Positions 18,015 to 28,395 of a DNA stretch of 64,000 nucleotides are shown here, in pieces. Within the stretch, counting starts at the first letter, position 1. Each line of letters opens with the position of its first letter. This DNA comes from Cenarchaeum sp. Its GTDB lineage: Archaea > Thermoproteota > Nitrososphaeria > Nitrososphaerales > Nitrosopumilaceae. The notes under the pieces are model-generated. The model saw only the letters and a list, made by a program, of their open reading frames with translations. It made no database searches and had not been told where the DNA came from. Made by a program: the position numbers and the translations under genes. The stretch is taken from contig OY843768.1 in NCBI GenBank assembly GCA_963693095.2, positions 800,001-864,000 of the forward strand. Direction: 5' to 3'.

Positions 18015-19857
18015 GCTGAGCCCGCGCCGAGAGGAGGCGCGGCAGGTTGGGCGCAGATGTCGGCATGTCCCGCGTGCCCTCAGATATTGCGCCTGCGAGC
18101 TCGTCGACTGACATGTCAGACGTCTTGCCGGTCATGCGCGAGCGCACGCTGAGCTTGCCCGACTCTGCCTCGGCGGCGCCTATCACGACAATGTGGTGAA
18201 TCCACTCCTTTTCGGCCTGCCTTATGCGCTTGCCGATGCTCTCAGAGCGGTCATCAATGTCAGCGCGCACGCCAGAGGCGGCAAGCGCGTCGGCGACCTC
18301 TACGGCGCGCGCGTTGTGCTCGGCCGAGAGCGGGATTATGCGAGCCTGCGTGGGCGAGAGCCAGAGCGGAAGCGAGGGCTTTGAGCCGGTCCGAGAGTCG
18401 CGCGCGGCGTTCTCTAGGAGCGCATACATTACGCGCTCGACGGCCCCACTGGGAGAGTTGTGCAGGATTATCGGGTGCCTTAGCGAGCCGTCAACGTCGG
18501 CAAAGCGTATCGCATAGCGCTCGCCGTTCTCGACGTCTATCTGGTCAGTCGAGAGCGCAGAGGCCTTGCCGGACGCATCGACATAGTTAAACTCCCACTT
18601 TAGGACAAAGTAAAAGAACCGCTCTTGCCACATCTCGACTAGCATGGGCCGGCCGTGGCGCTCAGCAAGGCGCCTGACGGCATCGCCGTTGCCCTCGTAA
18701 AACTCGCGCGTGAGGCGAACGGACATTTCATAGTCTGATGACGCAAGGCCGATTCCCTCCATGACCGAGCGAGAGAGATCAAACCGCGTCTCTAGCTCGG
18801 ATATCGCCTGGTCCATGTCCGCGCAGAACGCATGGCAGTCCGGCATTGTGAACGCGCGCAGTCGGCGCAGGCCAACTAGCTCGCCGGACTGCTCGCGCCG
18901 AAAGCTATAGCGCGTGAGCTCGTACAGCCTGTACGGCAGGTTGTGGTGCGAGAGCTGGGCCTGTGCGGCTATGAGAAACTGGCCAAAGCACGCCGCAAAG
19001 CGCAAAAAGAACCGCCTGCCCTCAGAGTCAATGTTGTACTGGCGCGCCGGAAAGCGGTCAAAATAGCTCTTCATGCTAGGGTGTGCCGAGTCGTACATTA
19101 TGGGAGTCTCGACCTCTGAGGCCCCGTACGCGCGCACGCGCTCAGTCACATAGCGCTCGATGAGCGACTTTACGAGGCGGCCGTTGGGCAGAAACCTCAT
19201 GTTGCCCGAGTCTGATGCGGGCTCATAGTCGGCCATGCCCATCTTTTTCATCAGCGCCACGTGGGCAGGGGCGTCATCGGCGCTGCGCGTGCCAGACTCC
19301 TCGTGCGCATATAGCCTGCGCAGCGAGTCATGGCCAGCAAAGTCAAATCCGGCCGCATCGTGGAGCGTGCCGTCCGGCGTGAGGACATGCCACGTCGACT
19401 CTAGGCGCGACTCGGAGCCTAGCGCAGACGGCGCGTCGGCCTCGGCAGGCTCGCCGGGCTCAAAGACGCGCAGGCTCTCGGCGAGGGGGTGCGCCTTTAC
19501 GCGCACGGCGTATGACTTTGTCCAGCCAAACGGCGCGCGGCTCACCTCGGCGGCCTTGATTGCGGATGCCACCTCGCGCAGCACCCCAAAGGCGTCCTGC
19601 GGCGGGGCGAGTGACGAGCTCAGGTGCGCGTACGGGTACACGAGGACGCGCGCGCACCCAAGGCGCGAGGCCAGCGACGTAATGTCCTCGGCCGCACGCG
19701 CCGCAGTGCCCGAGTCATCGCCGGTCTCGACTGCGATAAAGGCGACCAGGACGTTCTCGAGGCGCACCGTGCCGCCGTCGGCCTCCTCGGCTGACTCTAT
19801 CTCCCTGGCAGTGGCCGTGTACTCTATGCTGTCACAGTGTAGCTGCAGAACCCTCAT
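18004..19857 (-). CDS. thrS: Threonine--tRNA ligase (archaeal type with N-terminal editing domain)
   Basis: LQLHCD, YPYAHLSS, RAPFGW.K, LRFAACFGQF, RREQSGE..GLRRLRAFTMPD. Confidence 0.97.
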   Translation of the reverse strand: MRVLQLHCDSIEYTATAREIESAEEADGGTVRLENVLVAFIAVETGDDSGTAARAAEDITSLASRLGCARVLVYPYAHLSSSLAPPQDAFGVLREVASAIKAAEVSRAPFGWTKSYAVRVKAHPLAESLRVFEPGEPAEADAPSALGSESRLESTWHVLTPDGTLHDAAGFDFAGHDSLRRLYAHEESGTRSADDAPAHVALMKKMGMADYEPASDSGNMRFLPNGRLVKSLIERYVTERVRAYGASEVETPIMYDSAHPSMKSYFDRFPARQYNIDSEGRRFFLRFAACFGQFLIAAQAQLSHHNLPYRLYELTRYSFRREQSGELVGLRRLRAFTMPDCHAFCADMDQAISELETRFDLSRSVMEGIGLASSDYEMSVRLTREFYEGNGDAVRRLAERHGRPMLVEMWQERFFYFVLKWEFNYVDASGKASALSTDQIDVENGERYAIRFADVDGSLRHPIILHNSPSGAVERVMYALLENAARDSRTGSKPSLPLWLSPTQARIIPLSAEHNARAVEVADALAASGVRADIDDRSESIGKRIRQAEKEWIHHIVVIGAAEAESGKLSVRSRMTGKTSDMSVDELAGAISEGTRDMPTSAPNLPRLLSARAQLMV

Positions 19858-19948
19858 GCGGCACGGCGCGCAGGCACAATTGAATTAAGTGTTGTGGGGA
19901 ATTCGTGGGCTGCGCGCCACGGCCATCGCAGCCGGCAGGCACCTGTCC

Positions 19949-22828
19949 CTACTCTACTAGGATCGCCGGCTTGAACGCGCGCGCAGTCTTTGCCTTGCCG
20001 CGCGGGTCATCCGGGCCGGCATCAGACTCGGCGAGAACGACAAGGCTGGCGCCAAGCTCGGCCTGAACGAGCGGGCCGAGGCCTGACTCGTATGTCGCCG
20101 CCTCATCAAACGGGCCAGCCCCCGCCATGAGGCGCCTGTTGCGGGGAGTCTCAGACAGAATGTCAGCAAGCGTCTTTTTGACAAATGCCGCATCGCGGCG
20201 CACGTCTGCCGTGCTCGCATCCTCGCCGAGCGCGCGCATCATCGAGCCCAGGTCGGCGGCCCCGCCCTCGGCTGCCCCGAGCATGAGTGAGTGTGCGCGC
20301 GACTTTGCGTCGCCGGCCACATAGAGCGTGATTCTAGAGGCCTTTATGCCCGTAGTCTTTAGTATCTTTTGAATGTCGGCCATCGCCGAGGAGACGAGTG
20401 ACTCGGCAAGGAGCATTCGCGCATCGCCCTCATGCGGGGTCACCTCGGGCCACGGCGATGATGACACCATGCCGGCGTTTCCCAGGGCAGCCCACATCTC
20501 CTCGGCGGCATGTGGGGCAAACGGTGACAGTAGGGCTGCGCGCGCAGACCACGCCTCGCGCAGCGCTGCCCCGCCTGCGCCCCCCGTAGAGTCGGCGCGG
20601 CGCGCGTGCCATGCGAGGTCAGAGTCAAGGCCGGCTATAACGTGGCGGACGGCCTCGCGGAGACGCATCTTTTCGACGAGCTCGGAGACTGTTGCCGCAG
20701 TCTCGCGCACGCGCGCGTCGAGCCACGCGTCAGCTGGGTTTGCGTCGCCCTGTGTTGCCGCACCAAGGCGCGCGCACTCGGCCATCATCGACTCGAGGTG
20801 CCTCGAGGATGAGCGCACTAGATCCATCTTAAAGTCAGCATCCTGCAATAGCTCTGCAGACGACAGGATCGCCAGGCGTATGGGGTCGGCCCCGTGCTCG
20901 CGAACCGCCTGCCGGAGCGGGATGATATTGCTCATAGACTTTGACATCTTTTTGCCCTCCATGAGGACAGAGCCGTTCACGACTATCTGGCGCGGCCAGT
21001 GCACCTCGGGGAATATGAGCGCGTGGTTGAATACAAAGAACGAGAGGTGGTTTGGCACGAGGTCGCGGCCCGAGTGCCGCGAGTCGACGGGATAAAAGTA
21101 CTCAAACTCTGCCCTAATGTCAGAGATCACGGTCTCATCTGAGCCGCACGAGGCGGCCACAGAGGCCGCATCGCCGAGGCCAAGGAACACGTGGTCAAAG
21201 AACGCGTCATCGAGTGAGCCGGCCTCGATGAGGCCCTCGTTGACAAAGCGCGAGACGACATAGTATGCCATGTATATGACCGAGTCTGACAGGCTCTCGA
21301 CTATCCAGCCGTCATCCCACGGCAGGCGCGTTCCCAGGCCGCTCTGGCGCGCGCATGCGCGCTCGCGCAGCCACCCAAACACGTGGTCAAACTCTGGCCT
21401 CATGTCAGCGGGGACTATCTCGAGGCGCCCAAGGGCGCGGCGCGCAGTCTCCTTCCACTCGGGGCTCGAATAGTCAAGAAACCACTGGTTGCTCAGGACA
21501 TGGACGACGCACTCTGTCCCGCAGCGGCACACTATGGGCGCGTTGGAGAACTCGTACATTGCGCCCGGCGGGCCGTCCTGCACGCGCGCAAGCCATGCAG
21601 AGGCCGCCTCCTTTGCGTCCTGCGCGCCCATTCCCGCAAGCTCGCCGGTGTTCTCGAGCATCGTGCCCCCATAGTACTCATCAGCATAGAGCTTTTTTGT
21701 GAGCTCCTCAAGCCTCGTGTCATCCTGCGAGTCCACGCCGGCGCCAGAGACGAGTGATGCTGCCGGATTGTCGCCATGGCCGTCAGTGGCGATTATGCGA
21801 ATGGGCTCGATCTGCGCGGCGAACGAGGCGGCCTCGCCGGCGGCACCGCGCAGGTCGGCGAGTGCGGCATGGTCATATGGCGCGTGGGCAGGCACGGACA
21901 TTACGGCGCCTGTCCCGACGTTGCCGCGCACAAAGCTCGCAGGCAGCACGCGCACGTCTCGCTCGATGCCCGGAATGCGCGCGACGCGCCCGACTAGCTC
22001 CGAGCCGGCCACGGCCTCGCCACCAAGCGCGCGCGCACCGGCGTCAAGGTGCGCAAGCTTGGAGGCGCACTCGGGGCTCACAAGCCACACAGAGCCGCCG
22101 ACGTCGACCTTTACGTATCCAATCTCGGGGTTTATCCACATGTTCGTCACCCCGTATATCGTCTCTGGCCTCATCGTTGCCGCCGGCAGGACCGTCCCGT
22201 CATCGAGCACGGCGCGCACGACCGAGTATTCCACAAAGTCCGGCTCGACGTCCCCGCGCGTGTCATGCTGCGAGACTGGGTTGGAGTCACGCGGGCACCA
22301 CCCCACGGGGTGCGAGCCCTGCACGATGACGCCGCGCTTGCGCAGGAGTCGAACCTGCCACGCGATGAACTTTTGGTATGCGGCATCTATCGTCGTAAAC
22401 TCGCGGCTCCAGTCAATAGAGTAGCCCATCTCGACCATGCCGGAGCGTATCTCGGCATGAAAATAGCGCGCAATGTTGACCGGCTCGGTGAACTCGGCGA
22501 TCCTCTCGCGCGGGACCCCATACAGGTCGACGAGGCCAGATATCAGGCCCTCGTCACCGGACTCTATTCGCGCGGCCATTCCGAGTATCGGCGTGCCCGT
22601 GTAGTGGAACGCCATCGGAAAGAGGACGTTGCGGCCTCGCATGCGCTCAAAGCGCGCATGGACGTCGGCCAGCGTGTACGTCCGGCCGTGGCCGATGTGC
22701 TGTGGCGAGTTTGGGTAGGGGTACGCGACGGTGATAAAGCGCTTTTCGCGTGATGTGTCCACGCGTGCGGCCTCTGTGCCGCTCCAGCGCTCGCGCCACT
22801 TTGACTCTATTGCGCCCCAGTCGGCCAT
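19949..22828 (-). CDS. leuS: Leucine--tRNA ligase
   Basis: YPYPNSPQHIGHGR, GTGAVMSVPAHAP.D, KMSKS. Confidence 0.97.
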   Translation of the reverse strand: MADWGAIESKWRERWSGTEAARVDTSREKRFITVAYPYPNSPQHIGHGRTYTLADVHARFERMRGRNVLFPMAFHYTGTPILGMAARIESGDEGLISGLVDLYGVPRERIAEFTEPVNIARYFHAEIRSGMVEMGYSIDWSREFTTIDAAYQKFIAWQVRLLRKRGVIVQGSHPVGWCPRDSNPVSQHDTRGDVEPDFVEYSVVRAVLDDGTVLPAATMRPETIYGVTNMWINPEIGYVKVDVGGSVWLVSPECASKLAHLDAGARALGGEAVAGSELVGRVARIPGIERDVRVLPASFVRGNVGTGAVMSVPAHAPYDHAALADLRGAAGEAASFAAQIEPIRIIATDGHGDNPAASLVSGAGVDSQDDTRLEELTKKLYADEYYGGTMLENTGELAGMGAQDAKEAASAWLARVQDGPPGAMYEFSNAPIVCRCGTECVVHVLSNQWFLDYSSPEWKETARRALGRLEIVPADMRPEFDHVFGWLRERACARQSGLGTRLPWDDGWIVESLSDSVIYMAYYVVSRFVNEGLIEAGSLDDAFFDHVFLGLGDAASVAASCGSDETVISDIRAEFEYFYPVDSRHSGRDLVPNHLSFFVFNHALIFPEVHWPRQIVVNGSVLMEGKKMSKSMSNIIPLRQAVREHGADPIRLAILSSAELLQDADFKMDLVRSSSRHLESMMAECARLGAATQGDANPADAWLDARVRETAATVSELVEKMRLREAVRHVIAGLDSDLAWHARRADSTGGAGGAALREAWSARAALLSPFAPHAAEEMWAALGNAGMVSSSPWPEVTPHEGDARMLLAESLVSSAMADIQKILKTTGIKASRITLYVAGDAKSRAHSLMLGAAEGGAADLGSMMRALGEDASTADVRRDAAFVKKTLADILSETPRNRRLMAGAGPFDEAATYESGLGPLVQAELGASLVVLAESDAGPDDPRGKAKTARAFKPAILVE

Positions 22829-22838
22829 CGCAGAGCCC

Positions 22839-25550
22839 TCACGCACCCGCCGAGGCCATCGCCTCAGCACGCTTTACGGCCTCTTGTGCGCGCGAGGCGT
22901 CAACGCCGCCGCCCTGCCCAAAGCGCGCGCTGCCGCCCCCCGAGCCGCCAAGTATCGCCGAGGCCTCCTTTGCCAGCTCGCCGGCCTTTACGGCCTTTTC
23001 TGCCTCAGAGCCCGAGTATGCGATAATGCGCTCGCGCTCGCCGTCACGAACGAGCGCAAAGTAGACGAGGCGCGGCTCGGCCTTTACGGCCGCCTCGCCG
23101 ACTGCAATGTGATAGTCAGCGTCAAGCTCGCCGTCGATGAGCGTATAGAGCCTCACAGTGCCGACATCGCGCGCCGAGCCGACAGCGGCTGCAGCGGCCG
23201 CATCGCGCGACCTCCTAGTCAGTGACTTTAGGCGGCTTCGCGCCGTGTCCCCCGAGGAGAGCTTGCGCTCGAGTGACTCGGGAATCTTTTGCCTGTCTGC
23301 GCCGATCTTGCCGGCGACCCACTCTAGCGTGCGGTCATGGCCCTGCACGTGCGAGAGTGCGGGCTCGCCGGCCTTGAAGACGAGGCGTATCACGCCGTCC
23401 TGCACGCGCTCTGTCTGTGTTATCTTTAGGAGGCCGATCTCGCCGGTTCGCCGCACGTGCGTTCCGCCGCACGCCTCGACGTCAAAGTCGCCAACGCTCA
23501 CAATACGAACCGCGTCGACGGGGACCACGCCGCCCTGGTATATCCTAAACCCAAACCTTGACTCGGCCTCCTCTCGCGCATACTCGCGGATTCGGACCTC
23601 GAGGTTTTGGCGCACTATTGAATTTGCCGCCGACTCTATCCTTGCGACATCATCTGGCGTGAGGGCCGAGTGGTGCGTGATGTCAAGGCGCGCGTGATCC
23701 TCGTCCTTGAATGCCGAGTGCTGCCAGACCCACGATCCCAGGACGCTGCGTGCCGACGAGTTTAGTATGTGCGTTGACGTGTGGTGGACCGTGACTGCCT
23801 CGCGGCGTGCCGCGTCAACGACGCACCTGACAGTCTCGCCGACGCGAGGGAGGTCGCCTTCGATCGTGTGCGCAATGACGCCGTCATGCGACGTGACGTC
23901 AGTCACCCTGGCCGCACCTATCGTGCCATGGTCAGGCTCCTGGCCCCCGCTGCGCGCATAGAATGACGTGCGGTCCAGGACGACAGTCCGGTCGGCCGCA
24001 TGGAGGACACGCGCGTCAAACTCGCCGGGGTCATCTGCGTGAAAGAGCGCAACGGTGCGGTCCAGGCCGGCGAGTCCGGCGGGTGGTGCCTCGGCGGCCT
24101 TTGAGGCCGACTGGTGGAGCTCGGAGAGGCGCTCATAGAACTCGGGCGGTATCTCCTCAATTGCGCCGAGCTCCTTGAGATAGTCAGGCGGCACGCCGTC
24201 AGACTCGTAGAGCGTGATGAGCTCGTCAACTGTGGGCTCGGCCTTTTTTGAGCGCATCTTGGACGCAATCGACTCCATCCTGGAGCGCATGCCCGAGTAG
24301 CGCCGCGCCTCAAGGCCGACGATCTCGCCTATCTCGCCGGCGGCCTCGGCTAGCTCGGGATATGTCCCGCGAAGGTACTCGACGTGGAGCGCGATGAGCT
24401 CGTCGAGGTCGTGGCGCGCCCCGAGGCGCCCGAGCTGCGCCATCATGCGGCGCAGGAGCACGCGCAGGTTGTAGCCCCCGCCGACGTTGCTCGGAAGCGC
24501 GCCGTCGGCTATGGCAAAGGCGAGCGTGCGCAGGTGGTCGGCCACCAGGTATATGCCCTCAAGCGGCGCGATGACACCCGAGACGTACGAGTCGTCTAGT
24601 GCGCACGCCGAGATTGCGCGCCGGCGCGCGCGCGCAAGGTCTGGCTCAGACGACAGGCCGCGCGCTATCTCCCTGAAGTACGCGCAGAGTGCCTCCGTGC
24701 CGGCCTCAACGCCCTCGGCGTCGGCCATGCGAGACGTTATCGGCCCAAAGCAGCAGTCATACGCAGTTGGCGTTCCCATCGTGATCCAGGCAAAGCGCTC
24801 GAGGCCTGCCCCCATGTCAATGACGCGCCGGTCGAGCCGGCGCGGCTCGCCGAGGCTGCCCTGAAACTCGGTAAAGACCGCATTGCCAAGCTCGAGGCCG
24901 CCCACAAAGTACTCTAGTGAGGAGCCAAACGAGCCGCCGCCTGACCACACATCCTCGACGAACGTGACGTCCTTTCCCGGTATGCCAAGTGTGCGCGTGA
25001 GCATCTCATAGTCGAGCTCGATGCACCTGTCCTTCCAGTACCCGCCCTCATCAGGCATGCTAAGCTGCCCGATCATGCAAAAGCTCGAAAAGTGCCTGCC
25101 CGTCACGCCGACATTGCCAATGTCATTAAAGCGGACGCACGGTTGCGGGACGACGAGCGGGTTGGCCGGAAACTCGAACTGTATGCCAGAGCCCGTCGGG
25201 CGCTGAAAGTCGACGATCGAGGCGATTGTAAAGTAGAGGTCATCGCGCCACCTGCACACGACAGGATAGCGCCCAATGGACTTGTGGCCATTCGCGACAA
25301 AGAACGACTCGACGGCCCGCCACGCGTCCGCATAGTCGAGCCTCTTGGCGGTGGGCGGGTTGCCGATAAAAGAGTAGGCGTCCCCGACGTCATCATCGGG
25401 GCAGAGCGTCCGGGACGGGTCTTGCGTCCAAAAGTGCCTAGAGCACCTCGCGCACGCGTGCCTCTCAAAGCCCAGCTCGTCAAAGAGGGCCACGCGATAG
25501 TGCGCATCGGGGTCTGCAGACATCCCAGAGAGGAGCTCCGCCTTGTCCAT
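22839..25550 (-). CDS. alaS: Alanine--tRNA ligase
   Basis: RWRDDLYFTIASI, HHTSTH, EACGGTH, GGSGGG C-terminal motif. Confidence 0.97.
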   Translation of the reverse strand: MDKAELLSGMSADPDAHYRVALFDELGFERHACARCSRHFWTQDPSRTLCPDDDVGDAYSFIGNPPTAKRLDYADAWRAVESFFVANGHKSIGRYPVVCRWRDDLYFTIASIVDFQRPTGSGIQFEFPANPLVVPQPCVRFNDIGNVGVTGRHFSSFCMIGQLSMPDEGGYWKDRCIELDYEMLTRTLGIPGKDVTFVEDVWSGGGSFGSSLEYFVGGLELGNAVFTEFQGSLGEPRRLDRRVIDMGAGLERFAWITMGTPTAYDCCFGPITSRMADAEGVEAGTEALCAYFREIARGLSSEPDLARARRRAISACALDDSYVSGVIAPLEGIYLVADHLRTLAFAIADGALPSNVGGGYNLRVLLRRMMAQLGRLGARHDLDELIALHVEYLRGTYPELAEAAGEIGEIVGLEARRYSGMRSRMESIASKMRSKKAEPTVDELITLYESDGVPPDYLKELGAIEEIPPEFYERLSELHQSASKAAEAPPAGLAGLDRTVALFHADDPGEFDARVLHAADRTVVLDRTSFYARSGGQEPDHGTIGAARVTDVTSHDGVIAHTIEGDLPRVGETVRCVVDAARREAVTVHHTSTHILNSSARSVLGSWVWQHSAFKDEDHARLDITHHSALTPDDVARIESAANSIVRQNLEVRIREYAREEAESRFGFRIYQGGVVPVDAVRIVSVGDFDVEACGGTHVRRTGEIGLLKITQTERVQDGVIRLVFKAGEPALSHVQGHDRTLEWVAGKIGADRQKIPESLERKLSSGDTARSRLKSLTRRSRDAAAAAAVGSARDVGTVRLYTLIDGELDADYHIAVGEAAVKAEPRLVYFALVRDGERERIIAYSGSEAEKAVKAGELAKEASAILGGSGGGSARFGQGGGVDASRAQEAVKRAEAMASAGA

Positions 25551-25658
25551 GCGCGGCGCGCAGATCGGCCCGTATTAAGAAATTGTGCCAAGCGCAGGGG
25601 AGGCCCTGTGCGCCCCGTGCGGCGAGCGATTAAATACAAACGCGCCGGCGTGGGCGCA

Positions 25659-26165
25659 ATGTTTGGCAAAAAGCGCGGGATCTCCGAGGGAACGCACGTC
25701 TTTGCGCGCGTGCGTGACGGCGAGACGGTCAGGTGCTTTGTGGGCGTGGCGACCGGAGTCGACGGCAGGAGGATAGGCGTGAACGGCGCGCTCATCGACC
25801 CCGTGGGCCTGCGAAACAAGGTCGCGCAGGGAAAGGCCGGCTCGAGGTCAGAGGAGATACTCCGCGAGCCCACGCCGGAGAACTGTGTGTTTGCCCTGAT
25901 ATACCGCATAGAGCACGAGCCGTTCACCGGAGTCCTCGATGAGGGGCCTGACGTTGTGCCAATATCGCCGCGCGACTATGCCGTACTCGACGCGTGGGTT
26001 CGCGAGTCGCTGCCCGAGCTGATAAACGAGGTCCTCTCGCTGCCTGATGGCGCCGAGCGCGAGCGCGCAAAGGTTCGCCTTCGCCAAAAGATGGAGACGC
26101 TGCTTGACAAGAACCTCAGGCGCAACCTGTACGCGGTGTGCCGAAGCCTAAAGATACTCAACTGA
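25659..26165 (+). CDS. Conserved hypothetical protein
   Basis: ATG 25659 with TTAAATA upstream; divergent from alaS; host-like codons. Confidence 0.75.
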   Translation: MFGKKRGISEGTHVFARVRDGETVRCFVGVATGVDGRRIGVNGALIDPVGLRNKVAQGKAGSRSEEILREPTPENCVFALIYRIEHEPFTGVLDEGPDVVPISPRDYAVLDAWVRESLPELINEVLSLPDGAERERAKVRLRQKMETLLDKNLRRNLYAVCRSLKILN

Positions 26166-26199
26166 CCGGCTAGCGTCAAGCAGCCATGGGCACCGGCTC

Positions 26200-27726
26200 T
26201 CACATTAGCATTAGCAGCATCGGCAGCGGAACGAGCGCATAGTCGCGCCGAATCTCGTACTCGCGGCGTGTGGCCACAATTCCGTGCTCCACTCCGCTCA
26301 CGTTTAGAAACTCGGCCATGCCGCCAAGGTTCCTGTAATCAACCTTTGAGCGATACTTTACCTCAATTGGAACTGGAATGTCATCGACTCCAATGTACAC
26401 ATAGTCCACCTCGTGTTTCCCTGACTTCCAATAGTAGACATAGTCGGCCGGATTAAAGAATGCCTTTCGCACCGATGCAGAGTAGGCAAATCGGGAGAGA
26501 TGGTCAGCCATCACGCACTCGGCTACATGGCCACGTAGAGTGGGATCATCCACACACGCTTTGCTGTACTCAAAAGGAGAAGAGCGTTCAGCATACAGCG
26601 TATCAAACATGTGGTAAAACAGCGGATCTCGAAAGTGGAGCTTTTTGGACTTATGGAGATGCGCAGATTTGCCATGCACGTTATAATTATCCATAACCGA
26701 TATTACATACATATCACGCAACGCGTATAGCTGGTTTTTGGCCTCTTGGCGAGAGCACGAAAGCGCATCTGCCATGCTGTTCCATGAAAAAGTGCTTCCC
26801 GCACTATCCACCAGGTGTGGAGCAAGACCACGAAGAGAGTCAGTTGAGTATCCAAGAAATTTCCATTCGTCCAATATGCCGTCCAGGTATTTGTTGTATA
26901 GCATATTCGGTATGGGGTTGGGACACATATTTGTTACATGTGGTATTCCGCCCCACACCATGTATTGCATGAAAAGCATATCTAGATCTGTCATGTGGAA
27001 CGCGAGTTTATCCAGAGCCTCATTATTGGTTTTGGTAGTGATGTTCATAAGTGTGGAATGTTTTCGGGCAAGCGTGGAAAAGCCATAAGACTTGGCAAGT
27101 TCAGACAGGTCATTGTTCATGATTGACACAAACTCCCTAAAATTCATCGGGAGGAGGGATTTATGGTTTCCGTCTTCAACAAGTCCCATACGTCCCGTAA
27201 GCGTCTCAGTTGCATGTGTCAAGTCAGTCGAGTTTGATCCAGTGGCCACGATGGTACAGTTTACCAAACGTCCCATGTTGGAGATGTCCTTTAATCCCTC
27301 TTGCCATTGTGGCACATATGATATTTCATCGAGAAATATGTAGCATCTACGATCACCGCGAGCCCGTTCGCTCAGACTCAGGTATCCCAACATAACATCG
27401 TACAGATCATCAAGCGTCGCACGTGGGCCAAACGAGTAGTAAAGCACACGTTGCGGGTCCACCCCACGATCCAAGAGATCCATGATCTGCAGCTTTACCA
27501 TGGTCGTCTTGCCCACCTGGCGAGATCCTCGTACCGTATAGATTACCTGCATGTCAGACTCGAAGTCAAGTGCCATCTCGCCCATGAGCGCAGGCCTATA
27601 GCGCTCACCAGAATTATGCCATATCCTAACCTCACGATCCTGCCGTATCGCGTCTGGCGATGTCCACCACGGATTCATGCCCCGCAGCACCTGTGACGCC
27701 CACGGTCCAACACTCATATCAAACAC
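26200..27726 (-). CDS. AAA_14 ATPase with DUF4143 and a C-terminal PD-(D/E)xK-like domain
   Basis: NPWW, Walker A GSRQVGKTT, Walker B YIFLDEI, TGS, GGIP, KKLHFRDP, EVDYV...PIEVK; lower GC than the flanks. Confidence 0.92.
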   Translation of the reverse strand: MFDMSVGPWASQVLRGMNPWWTSPDAIRQDREVRIWHNSGERYRPALMGEMALDFESDMQVIYTVRGSRQVGKTTMVKLQIMDLLDRGVDPQRVLYYSFGPRATLDDLYDVMLGYLSLSERARGDRRCYIFLDEISYVPQWQEGLKDISNMGRLVNCTIVATGSNSTDLTHATETLTGRMGLVEDGNHKSLLPMNFREFVSIMNNDLSELAKSYGFSTLARKHSTLMNITTKTNNEALDKLAFHMTDLDMLFMQYMVWGGIPHVTNMCPNPIPNMLYNKYLDGILDEWKFLGYSTDSLRGLAPHLVDSAGSTFSWNSMADALSCSRQEAKNQLYALRDMYVISVMDNYNVHGKSAHLHKSKKLHFRDPLFYHMFDTLYAERSSPFEYSKACVDDPTLRGHVAECVMADHLSRFAYSASVRKAFFNPADYVYYWKSGKHEVDYVYIGVDDIPVPIEVKYRSKVDYRNLGGMAEFLNVSGVEHGIVATRREYEIRRDYALVPLPMLLMLM

Positions 27727-27798
27727 GCGTGTAAATTGCTTTATATATTAACCCAAATTTTATGCATTAAGGTTTTTAAGTATCAAAAACACATAAAA

Positions 27799-28041
27799 TA
27801 CTCTTAAGTAATGGATCGTACATCGTTCCCCTACTCTTAAGTAATGGATCGTACATCGTTCCCCTACTCTTAAGTAATGGATCGTACATCGTTCCCCTAC
27901 TCTTAAGTAATGGATCGTACATCGTTCCTCTACTCTTAAGTAATGGATCGTACATCGTTCCCCTACTCTTAAGTAATGGATCGTACATCGTTCCCCTACT
28001 CTTAAGTAATGGATCGTACATCGTTCCCCTACTCTTAAGTA
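27799..28041. repeat. Tandem array: 7 full 33-bp units plus a 12-bp partial unit
   Basis: Unit TACTCTTAAGTAATGGATCGTACATCGTTCCCC at 27799, 27832, 27865, 27898, 27931, 27964, 27997; one substitution (CCTC) in unit 4. Confidence 0.98.
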
Positions 28042-28112
28042 TTTGACAGTGCAAAATAGAGTCCCACGCGCGCAGGGATAGCGATATACGCCCCCTCGTG
28101 CAGGCCTCGCGC

Positions 28113-28395
28113 GTGCGAGCCAGAGAGCGACACGCTGCTAACGCAGAGGAAACTCCTCCCTCCACGCAGGGAGCGCGACCCGGAGATGGGTGGCCAGAGA
28201 TGGCCGGCAACAGAACAGAAACGAATCCGGCCCGGCGCACCGTGACGGCTGTGCCTGAGGTTTCCGGAGCCGGAATGGAACGGCTGTCCCGCGCGGAGCA
28301 AGGCCAGACAGAGCCCCAGCACCCTGCAGCAGGCTCGGGTAGGCCGCATAGCCAAATGTCGCCAGAACAGAAGGAGGGTTACTCCTGGCACGCAC
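28113..28395 (+). ncRNA. rnpB: Archaeal RNase P RNA
   Basis: CR-I GAGGAAACTCCTCCC pairing with CR-V ACAGAAGGAGGGTTA; ACAGAAA and GGAAC elements; P1 helix GTGCGAGCCAG / CTGGCACGCAC. Confidence 0.92.

Noticed and set aside
27799-28041. CRISPR or TIGR-like guide array
   Set aside because: The units are contiguous and identical, with no variable spacer segments and no cas or tas gene in the window.
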